From: Chiloscyllium plagiosum
Taxonomy: Eukaryota
Direction: 5' to 3'
NCBI RefSeq assembly: GCF_004010195.1
Contig: NC_057719.1
Coordinates: 71,278,831-71,342,219, forward strand
Length of the DNA stretch: 63,389 bases
Below, piece by piece: positions 1 to 13,300 of this stretch. The position numbers were made by a program, and so were the translations under genes. Every line of letters starts with the position of its first letter. Positions within the stretch are counted from its first letter, which is position 1. The notes under the pieces are model-generated. The model did not search any database. It worked only from the letters and a program-made list of their open reading frames with translations, and was not told the origin of the DNA.

Positions 1-1818
1 ACTGACCTGACAATTTGTAATGCATGGTTTCTCATGTCAGTGATATAAATGTGCAGGTTCGTTCTGTACTTGGTCCTTGCAAATGTTCCCTTTTTGCATT
101 ATCAAAATTGTGTCTCAATGATTTTAATATTCTTGGTTTTTTTCTCAAATCTGTTCTAGAATTCTTTGGTTGATATCTCATAACTCTGCCATGTGGCAAA
201 ATACCAGATTTTAATCAACTCCACTAAAAAATAATATGAGTTCCACTAAATAATAATGGCAACTGTTTGGAAAAGCTCATAAGTTTAACTACTTAGTCAA
301 AAATTCTGGTAGTTTACCCCACTTTAATAAACTCCCCAAAAATATAGATGGTTAGAATTGTTTTGTGCAGGTATTTAATCTGTTCACTTAGGATAATCTA
401 TAGATTGATTATGTGGTTAAAAAATACAGGGAGACTTGTGTTAATTGCAATGCAAATGGAATTTGTTTACTGCAATCTTTCAACATCTTTTATATTCAGG
501 ATGTACAAATTGGAGAACTCAGAATGTTAGAAATATGGCAGACCAGCTGTCTATTCCAGTTTGTTTCCATATGTCTTTATACTTGTGATAATCTGCAGTA
601 GGGGTATTATTACACATGACTTTTAGAGATGCAGGTTCTATGAATGTTTCATGTTTGCATATTTTTCCTTGAAGTGTGACCTTTATCGATATTTAAAAAT
701 GCAATGTTTTGTTTGAATAATCATCTCTACTAATGATTTCCACAATCATTATTATATAAAGGCTGATACCGATAAGCAGTAAAGAAATGCTGTAAGTCCC
801 AAAAAATGACAAATTGACATAGTAAAATGCATCTGACATCGCTTGTGTATAATTTGTACCATGTACTATATCAAAAACTATCACCATTACTCTTTAGAAA
901 ATATTAACCTTTCCATTCTATAATATTTGGAAGGTGTAAAACTAAAATTCAGCAATTAGAAATTACTGTTCTTCACAAAATATATTTGTTCAGTGTGAAT
1001 CATTTCTATGATCTATGATGATAGTCCCAGTTTCAACAGCAGTTGATTTTCAAACCTACGAACCATTCAATGTCACCAGTTCTCAGTCAAACTATTAGGT
1101 CCTGAGCACAGAATTTACTGTCACAGAAAAATTGACATCCCACAACGCTAAGCTAATAAATGTTCACTTTGTTTCTTAAGTAGCATTAGCATTGAAGAAA
1201 TGAATAAATATTTCTCAAATAGTACCTACCTTTTAGAGGGAGATAACTTATAATTTTAAGAGATTAGTGAATCAGGACAAAGATATGTTTCAAAAAGTCA
1301 TGTTCTATTTGTTGAAGGGGAGGGGAAGAATTTGGCCAACAGCACAATTATTTCACAATGGTTTGTGAATATAGTGCCAAGAAACAATTGTACACATTGA
1401 TCCCCAGCAGGCTTCTATTTGAATCATCCTTTTGAGAATAAACTGCTGGCAATATTGCAACTTCAGAAGGTTAAGGACAGGAAGATACCGCCAGGAACAC
1501 ACAGAGCTAACAGATTCCAGAAAGGAGTTTTAATGAGATTATTAAACAAGTGTCAACAAACCCCAACATCCTCCTACTGCTCCTCACCCTAGTAAAAACA
1601 GTAAGTGCTAATCTCACTGTTTAGATGTTTTGCTTGGGATCAATACTGTAATAGGTCAAATCCTTTAATACCTTTAAAAACAGTGAAAATATATAAATCT
1701 AAATTGCAAATGGAGTTCTGATAATGGATCAGGAGATACATTATGGTAGATTGTCGATTAAATACAAGCAAAAATAATGATGAGGCACTGAAGAGAATAA
1801 ATGACAATTTGGTAAATA

Positions 1819-2233
1819 GGGCCTGAAAATTCTCTAGCTATTACATTGGGCCCACACACTGGGACATTATAGAGCAGGAATGCTGGATTTTCTGCTGCTT
1901 CCTTAACTGAGGCCATCCGCCCTCAAACAGAATTATTTGTGCCCTCTTATCTCACTGTGTTAACCACTTTGAAGACTTTTACCAGGTCCAGTGAAGTCAG
2001 AAAAGCAAGAACCTTCAGTTAAGAGAGCCTCTACTCCGAGTTGCACGTCCAGCTGTTCTATTTGATATCACTTGTCTTGTAAAATGTAGGTTGGAGCCTT
2101 GGGTGTTTACAAAGCTACCAGAAATTCCCAAACTGGGCTGCGATCAGGTTTATCAGAATGCAAACTGATTTCGAGGAAGCTCTATTGGACTCCTCCCTGC
2201 ATTTCACCAGATTGGCAAAGTAAATTCAACCCC
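1819..2233. mobile_element. Degenerate MITE-like non-autonomous DNA transposon (possibly PIF/Harbinger)
   Basis: Imperfect terminal inverted repeats GGGCCTGAAAATTC ... GTAAATTCAACCCC; no coding capacity; similar terminus at 44494. Confidence 0.35.
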
Positions 2234-3190
2234 AATATTTTTAAAAGGAATACTGAATTTGCAATTCCAAGAATATTGAAGCTGCATTAAATTTGTTTGT
2301 AATAATATTCAGCTGTGAGTAGAACCTACAATCTCAATATCTTCCAAATAAGATGCTTGATTTGAGATTGTGTTGCTTTGTTTTGAAGTACAGTATGGAG
2401 TGAATGCACATTGCATTGTCTCTATTCTGTCAAACATGTGTCCAGCTTGAAAACAGTTCTTACAGCTGCATTGGCAATGTTGTTAATTATGTGCCTGGTA
2501 ATGCCAGTTAGGGATGATTATGACATGAATCTGTGCCCATTTGGAATTGCTTTGAGTTCATTTCATCTCCCAACCACGAAACTTTATCCAGGAGAAAAAT
2601 AAACTTCTCCTCTCATTAATTTTGATTAAACCAAATGTAATCCCAAAAGCAGGATGGATATTTGTCTTTATCACGTCCGCTATAAGCATACCCAAAGTGC
2701 AATGCAAATAAGAAGAGGTCACACAGAAAGGATCATTTGTCAGACATAGAACATGTCAAATTTTCCTAAATTCCATTTTCGTTAATGGAATGAGAGTAGT
2801 GAAAGTTCTGTAGGGGCTGATCAACCCAGTAGTCTTTCTTTCTCTCCCCTTCTTGTTTAATGCATAAAATCTGCCCGTTATTTACAAAGCTGTTTTAAGC
2901 ATTTGCATACCACCACCATACATTTCATATGTTTCTTGTCAATGCATTGACTATTAGCTACTTGATCTGCATGCAAATGAAAAACATCTACCAGTGAGTT
3001 TGATTCCAACAATGTGGTAAATAATAGCATTGGTCATCAAGATGTCACCGGGAGAGTTTATTTGGCTGCTAATGTTATCATATATTTTGTTTTTAAGATA
3101 TGCATATCCTGTGTAATTACTGACACATTATCAACTTTACCAATTCTGTCTGTAGCGTTTCAATGAATAAAGCTTCTTCCTCAATTTCCA

Positions 3191-3498
3191 GGTGCAGTAC
3201 GGTGGCTCAGTGGTTAGCACTGCTGCCTCACAGCACCAGACTCCCAGGTTCAGTTCCAGCCTCGGGCAGCTGTCTGTATGGAGTTTGCACATTCTCCCTG
3301 TGTCTGCATGGGTTTGCTCCGGTTTCCTCCCACAGTCTGAAGATGTGCAGGTCTGGTGAATTGGCTGTGCTAAATTGCCCATAATGTTAGGTACATTAGT
3401 CACAGGGAAATGGGTCTGGGTGGGTTACTCTTCGGAGGGTCGATGTGGATTTGTTGGGTCAAAGGGCCTGTTTCCACACTGTAGGGAATCGAATCTAA
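3191..3498 (+). mobile_element. HE1 SINE (elasmobranch tRNA-derived V-SINE), near full length
   Basis: tRNA-like head GGTGGCTCAGTGGTTAGCACTGCTGCCTCACAG with B-box-like GGTTCAGTTCC, V-domain GGAGTTTGCACATTCTCCC...TTTCCTCCCACAGTC, CR1-type tail GGGCCTGTTTCCACACTGTAGGGAATC. Confidence 0.9.
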
Positions 3499-3909
3499 AC
3501 TTCAAGGAACTCTGTGTATACTTCATTGATTATTGAATGCAACAAGCTATATAATGAGGTGAAACCCATTTAAGACAACAGGACATAGCTAATTACCTGC
3601 TATAAATGCATTTACTGATTTTGTCATATATTATGACTGTTGCATTTCTCCCAATGACGCCCTTAAAATGCTTGCTAATTCAAGCATTCATAATCACTCA
3701 GGATCGGCATGGTAGGACTAATTTTGTGTTAGCATGTGAGAGGTATTGTTGTCAGCTGTCCTTTAATTTGAGGATAATGTCGACCGAAGGCGTTGAGTTT
3801 TTGCCATGGGTCTTCATAATACTGAACAGGCAGCTGTTCAAACTGCAGACCTTTGGGCATGTGGGCCTGGGTATGCCATGTGTTGGTGAGATCTGGAATG
3901 CAGGATTTG

Positions 3910-4120
3910 CACTCTTTCCTTTCCTTTCCTTCCCTGCTGTCACATTGCCTCATTGATAAGGTATTTTGTTTCAAAGCATAATAAAGCTTGGTAGGCGGCA
4001 CGGTGGCACAGTGGTTAGCACTGCTGCTGCACAGCGCCACTCTTTCCTTTCCTTTCCTTCCCTGCTGTCACATTGCCTCATTGATAAGGTATTTTGTTTC
4101 AAAGCATAATAAAGCTTGGT
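3910..4120 (+). repeat. Exact 83-bp direct duplication (3910-3992 / 4038-4120) enclosing a 45-bp HE1 SINE head (3993-4037)
   Basis: Both copies read directly; insert AGGCGGCACGGTGGCACAGTGGTTAGCACTGCTGCTGCACAGCGC matches the HE1 5' end. Confidence 0.9.
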
Positions 4121-4124
4121 CAAC

Positions 4125-4678
4125 AAGTTGCCATCATTCTGAATGTTTGGTAGTAAGTCTCTCATAACATTAATGTCAATCCCTCTGTACTCAAGGAGAG
4201 TTTCATTGTTGTCTTTGTAATTTTTTTTAATCCCCCCGGAGCACCGGCTACTTGAGAGTTTTGAAAACAGAGCCTGTTGGGGGAGATGCATCTTGACCAT
4301 CTGGACATGGTGTCTAGTCCATCATAGTTGAGTTTGCATGGGTTTTGCCAGAATGCTTCTAGAGCTTTTCTAAGGGAAGACAGTAGTGTGGTTCAACAAT
4401 TCTCCTATTAAGTACAGAAGATAAGATGGTGGTATTGTTGATGGAATTTGACTCATTCTGTTACGTGTTGCTGATACACAGTCCAGGTCTCACTGCAGTA
4501 TAGGCGTTTGGTAGCAATAACAGCTCTGCACACCAGGACTTATGTTGACTTGTGGATCTCTTTGTTGTCAAATACTCACTGTCACAGTCTGTATAACGCT
4601 GAGCTGGTGACTGGTGGCAAGTGCTCAATATATACATGTGTGGAATGAAATATTTGGCTAACCTGGCGTGGTTTCGAT
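4125..4678 (-). mobile_element. Decayed RTE-clade LINE, ORF C-terminal fragment
   Basis: Minus-strand translation VLVCRAVIATKRLYCSETWTVY and HLPQQALFSKLSSSRCSGGIKKNYKD match the RTE RT C-terminus (LLYGSETW; RLPK..L..G.R..GG..KRYKD). Confidence 0.75.
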
Positions 4679-4689
4679 ATGAGTTTTTT

Positions 4690-6130
4690 TATGAGGCTGA
4701 CGAGGGAAGTTAAGAAACATATAAAGTCAAAAGAGAAAAAGTATAACATAGCAAAGATGAGTGGGAAAATGGAGGACTGGGAAGCTTTTAAAGAACAACA
4801 GAGGATTACTAAGAAGGAAATACACAGAGAAAAAATGAGGTACCAAGGTAAACTGGACAAAAATATAAAGAAGGATAGTAAAAGCTTTTTTAGGTATGTG
4901 AAAGGGAAAAAAATGGTTAAGACTAAAATTGGGCCCTTGAAGACAGAAACAGGGGAATATATTACGGGGAACAAAAAAATGGCAGAAGAATTGAATTGGT
5001 ACTTCAGATCTGTGTTCACTGGGGAAAACACAAGCAATCTCCCTGAGGTAATAGTGGCTGAAGGATCTGAACTGAAGGGAATTTATATTTGCCAGGAATT
5101 GGTGTTGGAGAGACTNNNNNNNNNNNNNNNNNNNNNNNNNNNNNNNNNNNNNNNNNNNNNNNNNNNNNNNNNNNNNNNNNNNNNNNNNNNNNNNNNNNNN
5201 NNNNNNNNNNNNNNNNNNNNNNNNNNNNNNNNNNNNNNNNNNNNNNNNNNNNNNNNNNNNNNNNNNNNNNNNNNNNNNNNNNNNNNNNNNNNNNNNNNNN
5301 NNNNNNNNNNNNNNNNNNNNNNNNNNNNNNNNNNNNNNNNNNNNNNNNNNNNNNNNNNNNNNNNNNNNNNNNNNNNNNNNNNNNNNNNNNNNNNNNNNNN
5401 NNNNNNNNNNNNNNNNNNNNNNNNNNNNNNNNNNNNNNNNNNNNNNNNNNNNNNNNNNNNNNNNNNNNNNNNNNNNNNNNNNNNNNNNNNNNNNNNNNNN
5501 NNNNNNNNNNNNNNNNNNNNNNNNNNNNNNNNNNNNNNNNNNNNNNNNNNNNNNNNNNNNNNNNNNNNNNNNNNNNNNNNNNNNNNNNNNNNNNNNNNNN
5601 NNNNNNNNNNNNNNNNNNNNNNNNNNNNNNNNNNNNNNNNNNNNNNNNNNNNNNNNNNNNNNNNNNNNNNNNNNNNNNNNNNNNNNNNNNNNNNNNNNNN
5701 NNNNNNNNNNNNNNNNNNNNNNNNNNNNNNNNNNNNNNNNNNNNNNNNNNNNNNNNNNNNNNNNNNNNNNNNNNNNNNNNNNNNNNNNNNNNNNNNNNNN
5801 NNNNNNNNNNNNNNNNNNNNNNNNNNNNNNNNNNNNTGAAGGTAAGCATGCAGGTACAGCAGGTAGTGAAGAAAACTAATAGCATGCTGGCTTTCATAAC
5901 AAGAGGGATTGAGTATTGAAGCAAAGAAGTTCTTCTGCAGCTGTACAGGGCCCTGGTGAGACCACACCTGGAATATTATGTGCAGTTCTGGTGTGCAAAT
6001 TTGAGGAAAGACATTCTGGCTATTGAGGGAGTGCAGCGTAGGTTCGCGAGGTCAATTCCTGGAATGGTGGGACTATCTTATGTTGAAAGATTGGAGCGAC
6101 TGAGCTTGTATACCCTTGAGTTTAGAAGAC
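4690..6130 (+). mobile_element. CR1 LINE ORF2 fragment spanning an assembly gap
   Basis: NIKKDSKSFFRYVKGK...IGPLK...MAEELNWYFRSVFT before the gap; RPHLEYYVQFW...IEGVQRRF after it. Confidence 0.9.
5116..5836. other. Assembly gap (721 N)
   Basis: Run of N. Confidence 1.
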
Positions 6131-8434
6131 TATTGTCTATTGTCAATTAATATTAATAAATAGACGAAGTTTCTTGTCTGCCGAAATGAGGAGATCGAAC
6201 CTCGTTCAGAATAGGCAATGACATTGCAGTCATTCACAGCTGTAGGTTATGTATACCTACAGCTGTCACTTTAATCAGTTCTGTTGGGTTGGCATAGTGA
6301 TTTTGAGTTGTCATGTGAGAGAGTAGATAATGCTCAGAGCATTTTACAATGGACTGTTAGCTCATTCCTGCTTGTCTCAAGACCGTTATATCTATTGGAA
6401 TCATTGTTCATTTCCTCTGGATATTACTCTGGAATATTTCCATTACTTTGTCAGATTCAAAACGAAGAGGCAGCAACACAAGCATGTAAAACTTTAATTG
6501 ACGCTATCCAGCATCACGACTTGTGTATAGGGACTTGCAATGGTAAAACTAATGCAGCTGCTCTCACTTCAATGGAAATCCATTTAAAATCCTATTTTCT
6601 AGGTGGGAAAAGAAATTTATAATGTTGTATAAGCAGTAATATGTTATTTCTACATCTGTTCCTGGAGAGGTGTGATCCAGGAACTGGTGTGATGTTGCTG
6701 CATAACCATAATATCGTATCCTTTTCATTGGGAACTTAATTAATTAGTTTATACCTGTGGCAAAATACAACAATGATCATGAAGAATGGCAAATATTATA
6801 GTCTCTGTCAGTTTATAACATTAAGCTTTGAAGTTCCTGATTGGTACAATATTCACTGATCAGATATATGAAACAAAACACACAAAGATGACTGCTAAGG
6901 CTTAGGAGCTTGTGTTTAGTTAACTTTCTTTTGTTTCTGTAAGAAGTGAGTATTATGAACTCAGTTTACGATGTAAGCCAGGATCCTTATTGTAAATAGA
7001 AGTGATAAACCTCCCACAACAGAGATTTTGTAGCTTTCATCACTTGAGAGACCAGTCTTGAGGACTATTGATCCTGAAATTGATGGGATTTTCTATGAAG
7101 GTTGCTTGTTTGTTCTGCTCTGTTGTCACTAGAGTGGTTTAAGCTATGTTTGTTTATTTTGCTGTGAATAGCTCTTAATGGATTAGGTGCTGGTGCTTTC
7201 GCCAAAAGCAGTAACTGACCTTTGGAAGTATCCATGGACAGTTTTAGAAAGCAAGTGAAAAACCTTCCACTTGTAAGGCTTTAGTGGTCTACAAAGGGAA
7301 ATTGATACTTAACTGCTTGAAAAATAGGGAAGGAGGAATGTAAATATACTGAACACAACAATGTTCAAGTTGCTTCCATCATCAACTTGCCATTTTCGAA
7401 TTGCAGTGAGGACACTTTGCCTCACTGCAACACGGTTCATTATACATTGTCAATCTAGTTGCAGTTCATAATGTAGTTCACTGTGTCAGAATACTGTAGG
7501 TATCAATCGCTATTCCCTGTAATTTGAGAAGTTGCAAACTAATCTTAAACTTTTTCCAACACTCGAGCAGGAGAAAACAAGATCTCTTTAAATTATTATA
7601 TATACACATCCCCAGGGAAAAAAAATAATGTGGCTGTACACTTAAATGTAACATGCAAAATAAAAATTTAATTGAATCTGAAAATGTTCTATACCAAATA
7701 AAGCATATGTTTGAAATTAAGTAGGAACACAGTTTGACTCACTGGTTAGAGGAATATAGAAATTAATTTTAACAATCTAAGAATTTCATGAGTGAGACTT
7801 TCTGGGAACTTAGCCACTCTTTAAAACCTTGACAACAATTAAATTGCGCTAAACACTACATCCATGAAGTGTTAGAGAGGGTGTTCATGTTTCATGTGGT
7901 GAGAATTTTCAAACATTTTCCACTTATCTACAAAATTACCGATGTTGCAGTTTCCACTCTTAGCGGCACCCTGGGCTCCTATCTTCTGATGTTGTTCCAG
8001 GGAGGTCTGTGTTGTTGCATGCCGTGGGTGGGAATTGTCACAAGCTCAGGAATATCTGCTACAATTATAACATGGTGTTCAATCTCTTTGGGCAGCAGCA
8101 ACAGCAGGTAGGAGCAATGTGAGAAGCAGGAAGCAACACCTGGGTGAAGAAGGAGAAGGGTAGCAGAAACTGCTGGTGGAAGGATGGAATTTCTCCACAT
8201 GATTTAGTGGAGAAATATAGAAGACAGAATTACAGTGTGTCACCTACAGGAGGAAGAAGGGCTGAGGAAAGGAATGCCACCATGTGATGGTAGAAAGGAC
8301 AGCCAATGCAGCAAGAGAAAATGTTTGCTTATAGTTTGACATTGATCATTTATATCATAATGTATTTGGATTAGTTGGGTGTTGGGTTGAGTATTTTGTT
8401 ATGTTATATTTATCCAAGTTTAATGCCAGTCTAA

Positions 8435-9020
8435 GCTTGATTGGTAAAATTCTTGCTCCTGAATCAGAAAGTTGTGATTTCATGTCTCCCCCCAGGACTT
8501 GAGCATAAAAATCTAGACTGATACATGCATTACTGAGGCAGTGCCAAACTACTATAAGAGGTGCTGTCTTTCAGATAGGACATAATACAGGTGGAATGGC
8601 CACGCTAAATTGCCCATCATGTCCAGCGATGTGCAGGCTAGGTGGATTGGCCATAGGAAATACAGGGATACAAGAATAGAGCATGGGTGTAGGTCTGGGT
8701 GGGATGCTCTTTGGAGGGTCAGTATGAACTCGATGGCAGATGACCTTCTTCGACACTGTAGGGAATCTATGAATCTATGATTAAACTGAGGTTCTGTGTA
8801 CTCTTGTAGATAGATGCATGGTATTATTGAAAGAAGAGCAATTGTATTTGCCTTGTAACTTGACAAATATTTACTACTCAGCAATGTATATATAAAATTA
8901 TATTATCATGATCATATTGGTCTCTGTGCGATTTATCTTCCACATTTCCCTCCATCTTTGCACACCTTGGGACAACTTGAGACTGTGAAAGGCAGCGTAT
9001 GAATGCAAGTTCATTCTTTC
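8435..9020 (+). mobile_element. Degenerate Deu-domain SINE (SacSINE1/AmnSINE-like) interrupted by an HE1 3' fragment
   Basis: Head ...CCAGGACTTGAGCATAAAAATCTAGACTGA...GAGGTGCTGTCTTTCAGAT resumes after the insert as TTAAACTGAGG..., ending in L2-type tail GTGAAAGGCAGCGTATGAATGCAAGT. Confidence 0.6.
8592..8780 (+). mobile_element. HE1 SINE 3' fragment
   Basis: TGGCCACGCTAAATTGCCC...GGTCTGGGTGGGATGCTCTTTGGAGGGTCAG...ACACTGTAGGGAATCTATGA. Confidence 0.8.
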
Positions 9021-9089
9021 TGTCTCTAGTCATACAAAACATTTCTATGAAATCAAACTAAAGAAGAGAACATGGTTATGAATCCCTTT

Positions 9090-9260
9090 GATGACCATGC
9101 TGTCAGCCATCTAGACCCAAACTGCAGATTTCTCTTCCAAAAACCTTTCACATCTCCACCACTAAAAGCTTTTAAAAATATTTTTGACCAAGCTTTTGGT
9201 TGCTCCACCATTGACCATCCATCTTATCATTTTTTGTTGTGTTTTACAAGTTGTTTCTAA
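9090..9260 (+). mobile_element. Degenerate L2 LINE 3' fragment
   Basis: TTTGACCAAGCTTTTGGT and upstream sequence resemble the L2 3' region also seen near 39680-39830. Confidence 0.45.
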
Positions 9261-9692
9261 TTTAGACATCATGGTGTGGTATTCTGATTTTGCATATCTA
9301 CTGGGTGTCTCACCTGCAGGTAGTTTGGATTGAAATCTTAGTAAGCATTGTGCATGATTTCCTAACAATTAAATGATGGCTAGAAAATTATACAGACTCC
9401 ACATGCAGTTTCCACTTACTCTGAAGTACTTGTTACTATTTCACATTGCTCAATGAAATATATTGTATTCCATAAGTTATCCAATAATTCCATTTTGGTC
9501 CTGTTGGTCAGTAATTGAACTACCTATTCAACTGCATTTTTTTCAGATTGTTGTATCTTTTATGGTTTTTTAAAATAAAAAATCAACTTCCATCATTTTG
9601 TATATAACCTCATAATCAACTGAAACTCTGCTGTTCACAGAGCATGACACGTCTCGTTTCTTACCTCTTTGCAGATGCTCTACCATCTAAAA

Positions 9693-9962
9693 GAACAAGG
9701 ACAGCAGGCACATGAAACATTGCCACCTGTTAAGGCTTCTCCAAGCCACACAACATCCTGACTTGGAACTATATCATGATCGCTTCACTGTTGCTGAGTT
9801 AAAATCCTGGAATACTGTCCCAAGCAGCACTGTGGGTGTACCTGTATCACAGAAACTGCAACAACTCAAGATGGCAGCAGCTCACCACCACCTTCTCAAG
9901 GACAATTTGTGCTGAAAAATAAATGCTGAATTAGCCAATGACACCCACGTGCCATGAAATAA
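9693..9962 (+). mobile_element. 3' end of a shark LINE family (clade not assigned)
   Basis: CCAAGCCACACAACATCCTGACTTGGAAC...AAAATCCTGGAA...GCTCACCACCACCTTCTCAAGG...AATAAATGCT; homologous to minus-strand 57520-57790. Confidence 0.75.
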
Positions 9963-11649
9963 TTAGAAAAGACTTATTTATGAAACGAGATAGAGCTTTA
10001 AACAAAACAAACACAATAATTCATAATTACAGTGCTCACTTTCATCAAGTTTCATATTTATGAAATGATTCACTGTTTTGAAAAGATGGCCACCTAACAA
10101 CTAAAATGATGTCAAAGCTCTTTATTGACAATGACACCAAACCATTCAGTATGAACTTGTCAGGAAGGAAAAGGCTATGTTTCTTTCTGGTGTCAAGTCA
10201 CTGGAAGGCTGAGAATATGACTGCATTTGCCATAACCTCACAGGGCCTTTTCTGTCCCTCATAAACATCTTCAGTCAAACATATCCAAAGCATGCATTTG
10301 GGAAGCGAGCTAGGAAAACAAAATGTACACAGGAAAATGAAAAGTTTTGATTTATTTCATTGACAAATAAAATCTAAACAAGAATTCATTGACAATTCAT
10401 TGCCAGTGAATATATTGAATGTGACATGCCAACGATCAGCAATGTAAATGTCATCCCCAGTGCAATCAATAACAGGCAATACTCCCCATTGTAGATATGC
10501 ATATGCTCTGAGTACATTACCTTTAAGGGGTACAATGCAGATTCTTGACAGCAATTTCAAAAATATTGAAAAATAATTTTGATGAATAAATTATACACAA
10601 ATATTCCACTATTAATACTGAAATATTAAAATGATTGGCCATTTAATAGTTTTCAACCTTTTAAACAACATATACCTTAATTTCAATATCTGCAAATGAT
10701 ATTTTTTGCAACTGAACAACGTAAAATAGTACATCTGTAACTTGGGAGCCTAGTTTGTCAAGTTTATTTAGTATTGTATACAATGTTAGTTCTATGATTA
10801 GAAATTATTATTATCCTTTGAAACTTTTAAGCGGAATTATCAAACTTTGTCGAAACATCAACATGATTTGTGCTTTTTAACCTGCAGTGCAATGCAATCT
10901 TTGCCTTTCTGTTTCATCCAAATGCATCAAATGATTTCCTTTTCCTACTCATTGTCAGCTCTTTTCTTTCCCTGTATCAACAGCATTGGCAGCATTTCCC
11001 CTGCTGCTGATTGAAAAAGTCTGATGGTGCCATAGCTCTCTCGTGCCTGTGGGTATAACAGCCATAATGACCATGGTCTCCAGGGTTTTCTGTCAGACCA
11101 TTACTTCGCAATTTCATGTCATGTGAATTTTTGGAAAGATTTCAGACTGGATCAAAAGGAGAAGTCTCCAATAATTCAAAAAGAAGTTCAAGTCTTAGGC
11201 TGCTGATGTAGAATCCCTAAGAAGCATGTCAAATCTCTTTACCTTGAGGGGCTGCACCATTCTTCTCACTATTAATAGGGCTCTCACATGTAGGGGAGAC
11301 AACCTCTCAAGATTGAACAACTTTGCAGGCCCAGATTTCCATGGACCTTACAACCTGCTGTTAAGTTAAGTGAGTCCTATCCCTACTTGCTAAATGTGCA
11401 AATATAGTGCTATTTGCTTTTGCCTAATGCATTTTGCTCCATAGGCTGCGACAATGCACCATAATGATAGCATGTTTTACTTGAATCTATTTTATGAATC
11501 AGCATCCAACTGACATACAAGGGAAATGGTAGATTCAGGTCATTTGAGCATCACTTTCCCATGCTGTAGCAGTGCTTTTCTTATGTCCTTTTCAACAAGA
11601 CTGTGGTTATAACCAGAAGTGTTATGGATGATAAATATTTTTGGGAAAA

Positions 11650-12080
11650 ATGTTGTTCAGTAAAGATAGGAAAGGGAAAACAGAGTGAGGGGTTGGTAGT
11701 GATTAATGGGAGTATTGCAGTCCTGGAGAAAGAGCATATCCTTGGAAGGAAATTATCAATTTCATTTGAGCTGAGGAAGAGGAAAAGTTATAAATTCACT
11801 TCTTGGTGTAATATATGGGTTAGCAGTAAGTGGGAACAATGTAGAGGAATAAATTTGCAAGGAAACTACAGAGGTGCGCAAAAAATTCTAAAGTAGTTAT
11901 AATGGAAACTTTAAAGATATAAATATAGGCCAATATAGTAGTAGTGTAAATGGCAGAGAGAAACAAGAGTTCTTGGATTGTGTACAGAAGAATTTTCTAC
12001 AGCAGTGTGTTATAGGTACAATGAGAAAGGAAGAATTGCTGATCTATTTCTTAGAAGGAGGTGGGACCTGTAAATCAAGA
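11650..12080 (+). mobile_element. Highly decayed CR1 endonuclease-domain fragment
   Basis: Frameshifted KDRKGKTE.GV..V, VVIM(GDFN), EFLDCVQKNFLQQCV...TMRKEELLI motifs of the CR1 APE domain. Confidence 0.6.
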
Positions 12081-12377
12081 GTTAAATTCTAATGAAACAT
12101 CAGCTGTCAATTTCTGAGAGTTTCACTGAGTGATTCTCTCTCTGAGCTCTATTGTGTTATCAAACACAAAATTCTGCTGCACACCTCATTGTGCATGTAC
12201 CACACCTCTATAGTCCCATTCTCATGTGACTCACCAATAACAGAAATACTTGCCTTTGCCAGGATCTGCGGGGATTTTTGATGGTGCCATATATAAATCC
12301 CAGCTTTACTCTAGATCAATTGATGCAAGCCACAAACTGACATTCATAGTTGCAATGTGGGAAGTATTGCCTAGGAG

Positions 12378-13010
12378 ATGACCAACAGAGACATGTTGGT
12401 ACCCAGAATCACTGACAGGGACCCAAAGATCTGAGTCAGCACAGCGGTGCGGAGAATGGGAGGGTGATAGGGTGGAGAACTGTTCTCATTCCTACAAATC
12501 AGCAGTGGGGATCATGGCACCAGACCCTGCCAATCTGGTCTGCAGTTGCTGCATGGGTCTGTGTGGTGTCAGCAGTCTGGAGAATGCCCAGCATTGCAAG
12601 AGGAAAGTTAATGACTTTATGACCTTTATGTAAATACCACTATCTTTTCTCTGCTACCTCACACTCACTCGAACTCTGGCATTAAGCCCAGATCCCACCA
12701 TGGCTCATGTCTATCACTCACATTATTGCACACTGCATCTTCTTTTAATTATTCACATCCACCTCAAGACTCCAGACTCTATACCTTGCACTTCCTACTC
12801 ACAAGCTAAGGGCCCCTTTCCCACCTGCAGCAGCATTAACAGCTATGCCAGCCATTTTTATCTCACTCAATCCCTCCCTCTCTCCAATTCCAGGAGAAAA
12901 CTTCACACAATAGGGCAAAAAGAGTCAACTCTATTGGTGAGATACCTATCATCAATCTCCTCATCTCCCACGGGGAGTGAACTCTATCCTTAATGGGAGA
13001 GGTCCATGGT
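12378..13010 (+). pseudogene. Decayed Harbinger-type Myb/SANT DNA-binding gene (two exons, intron ~12630-12893)
   Basis: MTNRDMLVPRITDRD; WSAVAAWV...W(R)NAQHCKRKVND (12536-12615, frameshift); GTAAAT donor at 12630; polypyrimidine-CAG acceptor then EKTSHNRAKRVNSIGG. Confidence 0.7.
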
Positions 13011-13054
13011 CATTTGTTTTGTTTTGATCATGGGATATTGTTGTTACTTGCTTA

Positions 13055-13300
13055 AGAATTAAGTTAAGAATCAATCACACTGAATTCGCGTATAGGCCTA
13101 GACTGGTAAGGAGATTTCCTTCCCTAAATAACATTAGTACACCAGTTGGGTTTTTATAACAATCAACTGTGACCATTGGACTTCTACTTCCAGATTTTGT
13201 TGAGTTCAAATTCCACTACCTACCATGGTGGGATTCACAGTGAATATTACCCAAGTCTCTAGATGACTGGTCCAGTGGTGATGCCACTACATTATCACCT
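13055..13300 (-). mobile_element. tRNA-derived SINE (same family as 42325-42680 and 58680-58960)
   Basis: Minus-strand head GTAGTGGCATCACCACTGGACCAGTCATCTAG; shared body GGTAAGG..GATTTCCTTCCCTAAA..ACATTAGT..ACCAG. Confidence 0.7.

Noticed and set aside
3191..3265. tRNA gene
   Set aside because: tRNA-derived head of an HE1 SINE, continuing into the V-domain and tail
4679..5967. 276-386 aa ORFs
   Set aside because: Length inflated by the N gap; real residues are CR1 ORF2 or its antisense
10955..11030. Strong splice-acceptor-like tract
   Set aside because: Stops in all three frames shortly downstream and no clear donor
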